From: Candidatus Rokuibacteriota bacterium
GTDB lineage: Bacteria > Methylomirabilota > Methylomirabilia > Rokubacteriales > CSP1-6
DNA: 33,878 nt
Assembly (NCBI GenBank): GCA_003221435.1
Contig: QHRS01000051.1
Span: forward strand, 1-33,878
Direction: 5' to 3'
Shown here one piece after another: positions 33,447 to 33,878 of the stretch; position 1 is the stretch's first letter; the number at the start of each line of letters is the position of its first letter. The notes beneath the pieces are model-generated. The model was not told the origin of the DNA. It was given only the letters and a program-made list of their open reading frames with translations, and searched no databases. The position numbers and the translations under genes are program-made.

Positions 33447-33878
33447 ATGGAACGAATGGAGCGGACCGAGATGCCCGGGGTCGGCACCCGGGCGCCCAAC
33501 TTCCGCCTGCCGGCGGCGCAGGGGTCTGACATCGCGCTCGAGGATTACCGCGGGAAGCGCAACGTCGTGCTGTGGTTCTCAAAGGGCCTCTTCTGACCGT
33601 TCTGCCGACGGCACATGGCGCAGTTGCGCCAAGGCTATCCAGAGATCCAGAAAAACAACGGGGAGATCCTCCAGGTCACGCACAACACTCCCGAGGAGGC
33701 CCGGCTGTACCACCGGAAATTTCAGCTCACCTTCCCCTACCTCTGTGATGCCGAGCGAGTCGTGCACGAGACGTACGGGATTCGCATGGGTCAGCCCGAT
33801 CTCGTCGCGGGGATGAGGAGCTTCGTTGCGTGCTCTGCGGCCGCGGCGAGCGATCTCGTGCTGCGCGGGGAAACAACC
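33447..33878 (+). CDS. Peroxiredoxin-like (AhpC/TSA, CxxC-type Prx-like) thioredoxin-fold protein with in-frame TGA at 33594-33596; candidate selenoprotein (3'-truncated by the window edge)
   Basis: AGGGGAG SD at 33431-33437, start GTG 33444 or ATG 33447. ...GTRAPNFRLPAAQGSDIALEDYRGKRNVVLWFSKGLF-[TGA]-PFCRRHMAQLRQGYPEIQKNNGEILQVTHNTPEEARLYHRKFQLTFPYLCDAERVVHETYGI... is one continuous frame to the window end. Confidence 0.7.
33610..33636 (+). promoter_or_regulatory. Candidate bacterial SECIS stem-loop
   Basis: Core stem GGCGC (33617-33621) / GCGCC (33626-33630) with apical loop AGUU. It is extended by U33616-A33631, C33614-G33633, C33612-G33634 and G33611-C33635. The apical loop lies about 27 nt after the UGA. 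Confidence 0.5.

Noticed and set aside
33579-33767. 62-aa minus-strand ORF in the ORF track at the Prx-like locus
   Set aside because: It is antisense to a frame that gives a continuous thioredoxin-fold protein once the TGA is read through. It has no motifs of its own.

Overview
Visibly GC-rich DNA (the real genes have almost only G/C at codon position 3) from a diderm bacterium, judged from an outer-membrane barrel protein, a HlyD adaptor and periplasmic proteases. The taxon cannot be assigned from sequence alone. I support about 34 protein-coding genes and found no rRNA, tRNA, CRISPR array, transposase or integrase. Gene order: (1) partial class III cyclase, TPR/beta-barrel outer-membrane protein, secreted FecR-domain protein; (2) CstB-like persulfide dioxygenase-rhodanese fusion; (3) three translationally coupled genes (MtaC-type corrinoid protein, homocysteine S-methyltransferase, MetH-activation-domain protein), then aroK and a YitJ-like HcyMT-MTHFR fusion; (4) amidase and an RRM-type RNA-binding protein; (5) minus-strand DUF169::MtaA/UroD-like fusion and an alpha/beta hydrolase; (6) ACT-malic enzyme, a small conserved protein, MFS transporter, TraR/DksA protein, GDPD, PlsC, threonine dehydratase, isoaspartyl peptidase, family-5-like UDG, HtrA; (7) one co-directional block of M16 peptidase, HlyD, ABC ATPase, ABC-2 permease, alternative-oxidase-like di-iron protein and a second HxxEH-less M16; (8) two unknowns and a Prx-like gene. 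Main second-look items: an in-frame TGA at the first Cys position of the CxxC motif of the Prx-like gene, followed by a SECIS-like hairpin (candidate selenoprotein); a split-MetH cassette with no pterin-binding module; an unusual DUF169::Zn-methyltransferase fusion nearby; an AOX-like oxidase and an exporter embedded between the two halves of an M16 pair; three families of structured intergenic repeats at about ten loci, one pair bracketing a gene; a relic duplicate of a gene 3' end; and several promoters that abut start codons (apparently leaderless mRNAs). All calls come from reading the sequence and ORF translations by eye. Repeat and promoter coordinates are good to a few nt, and no database search was run.
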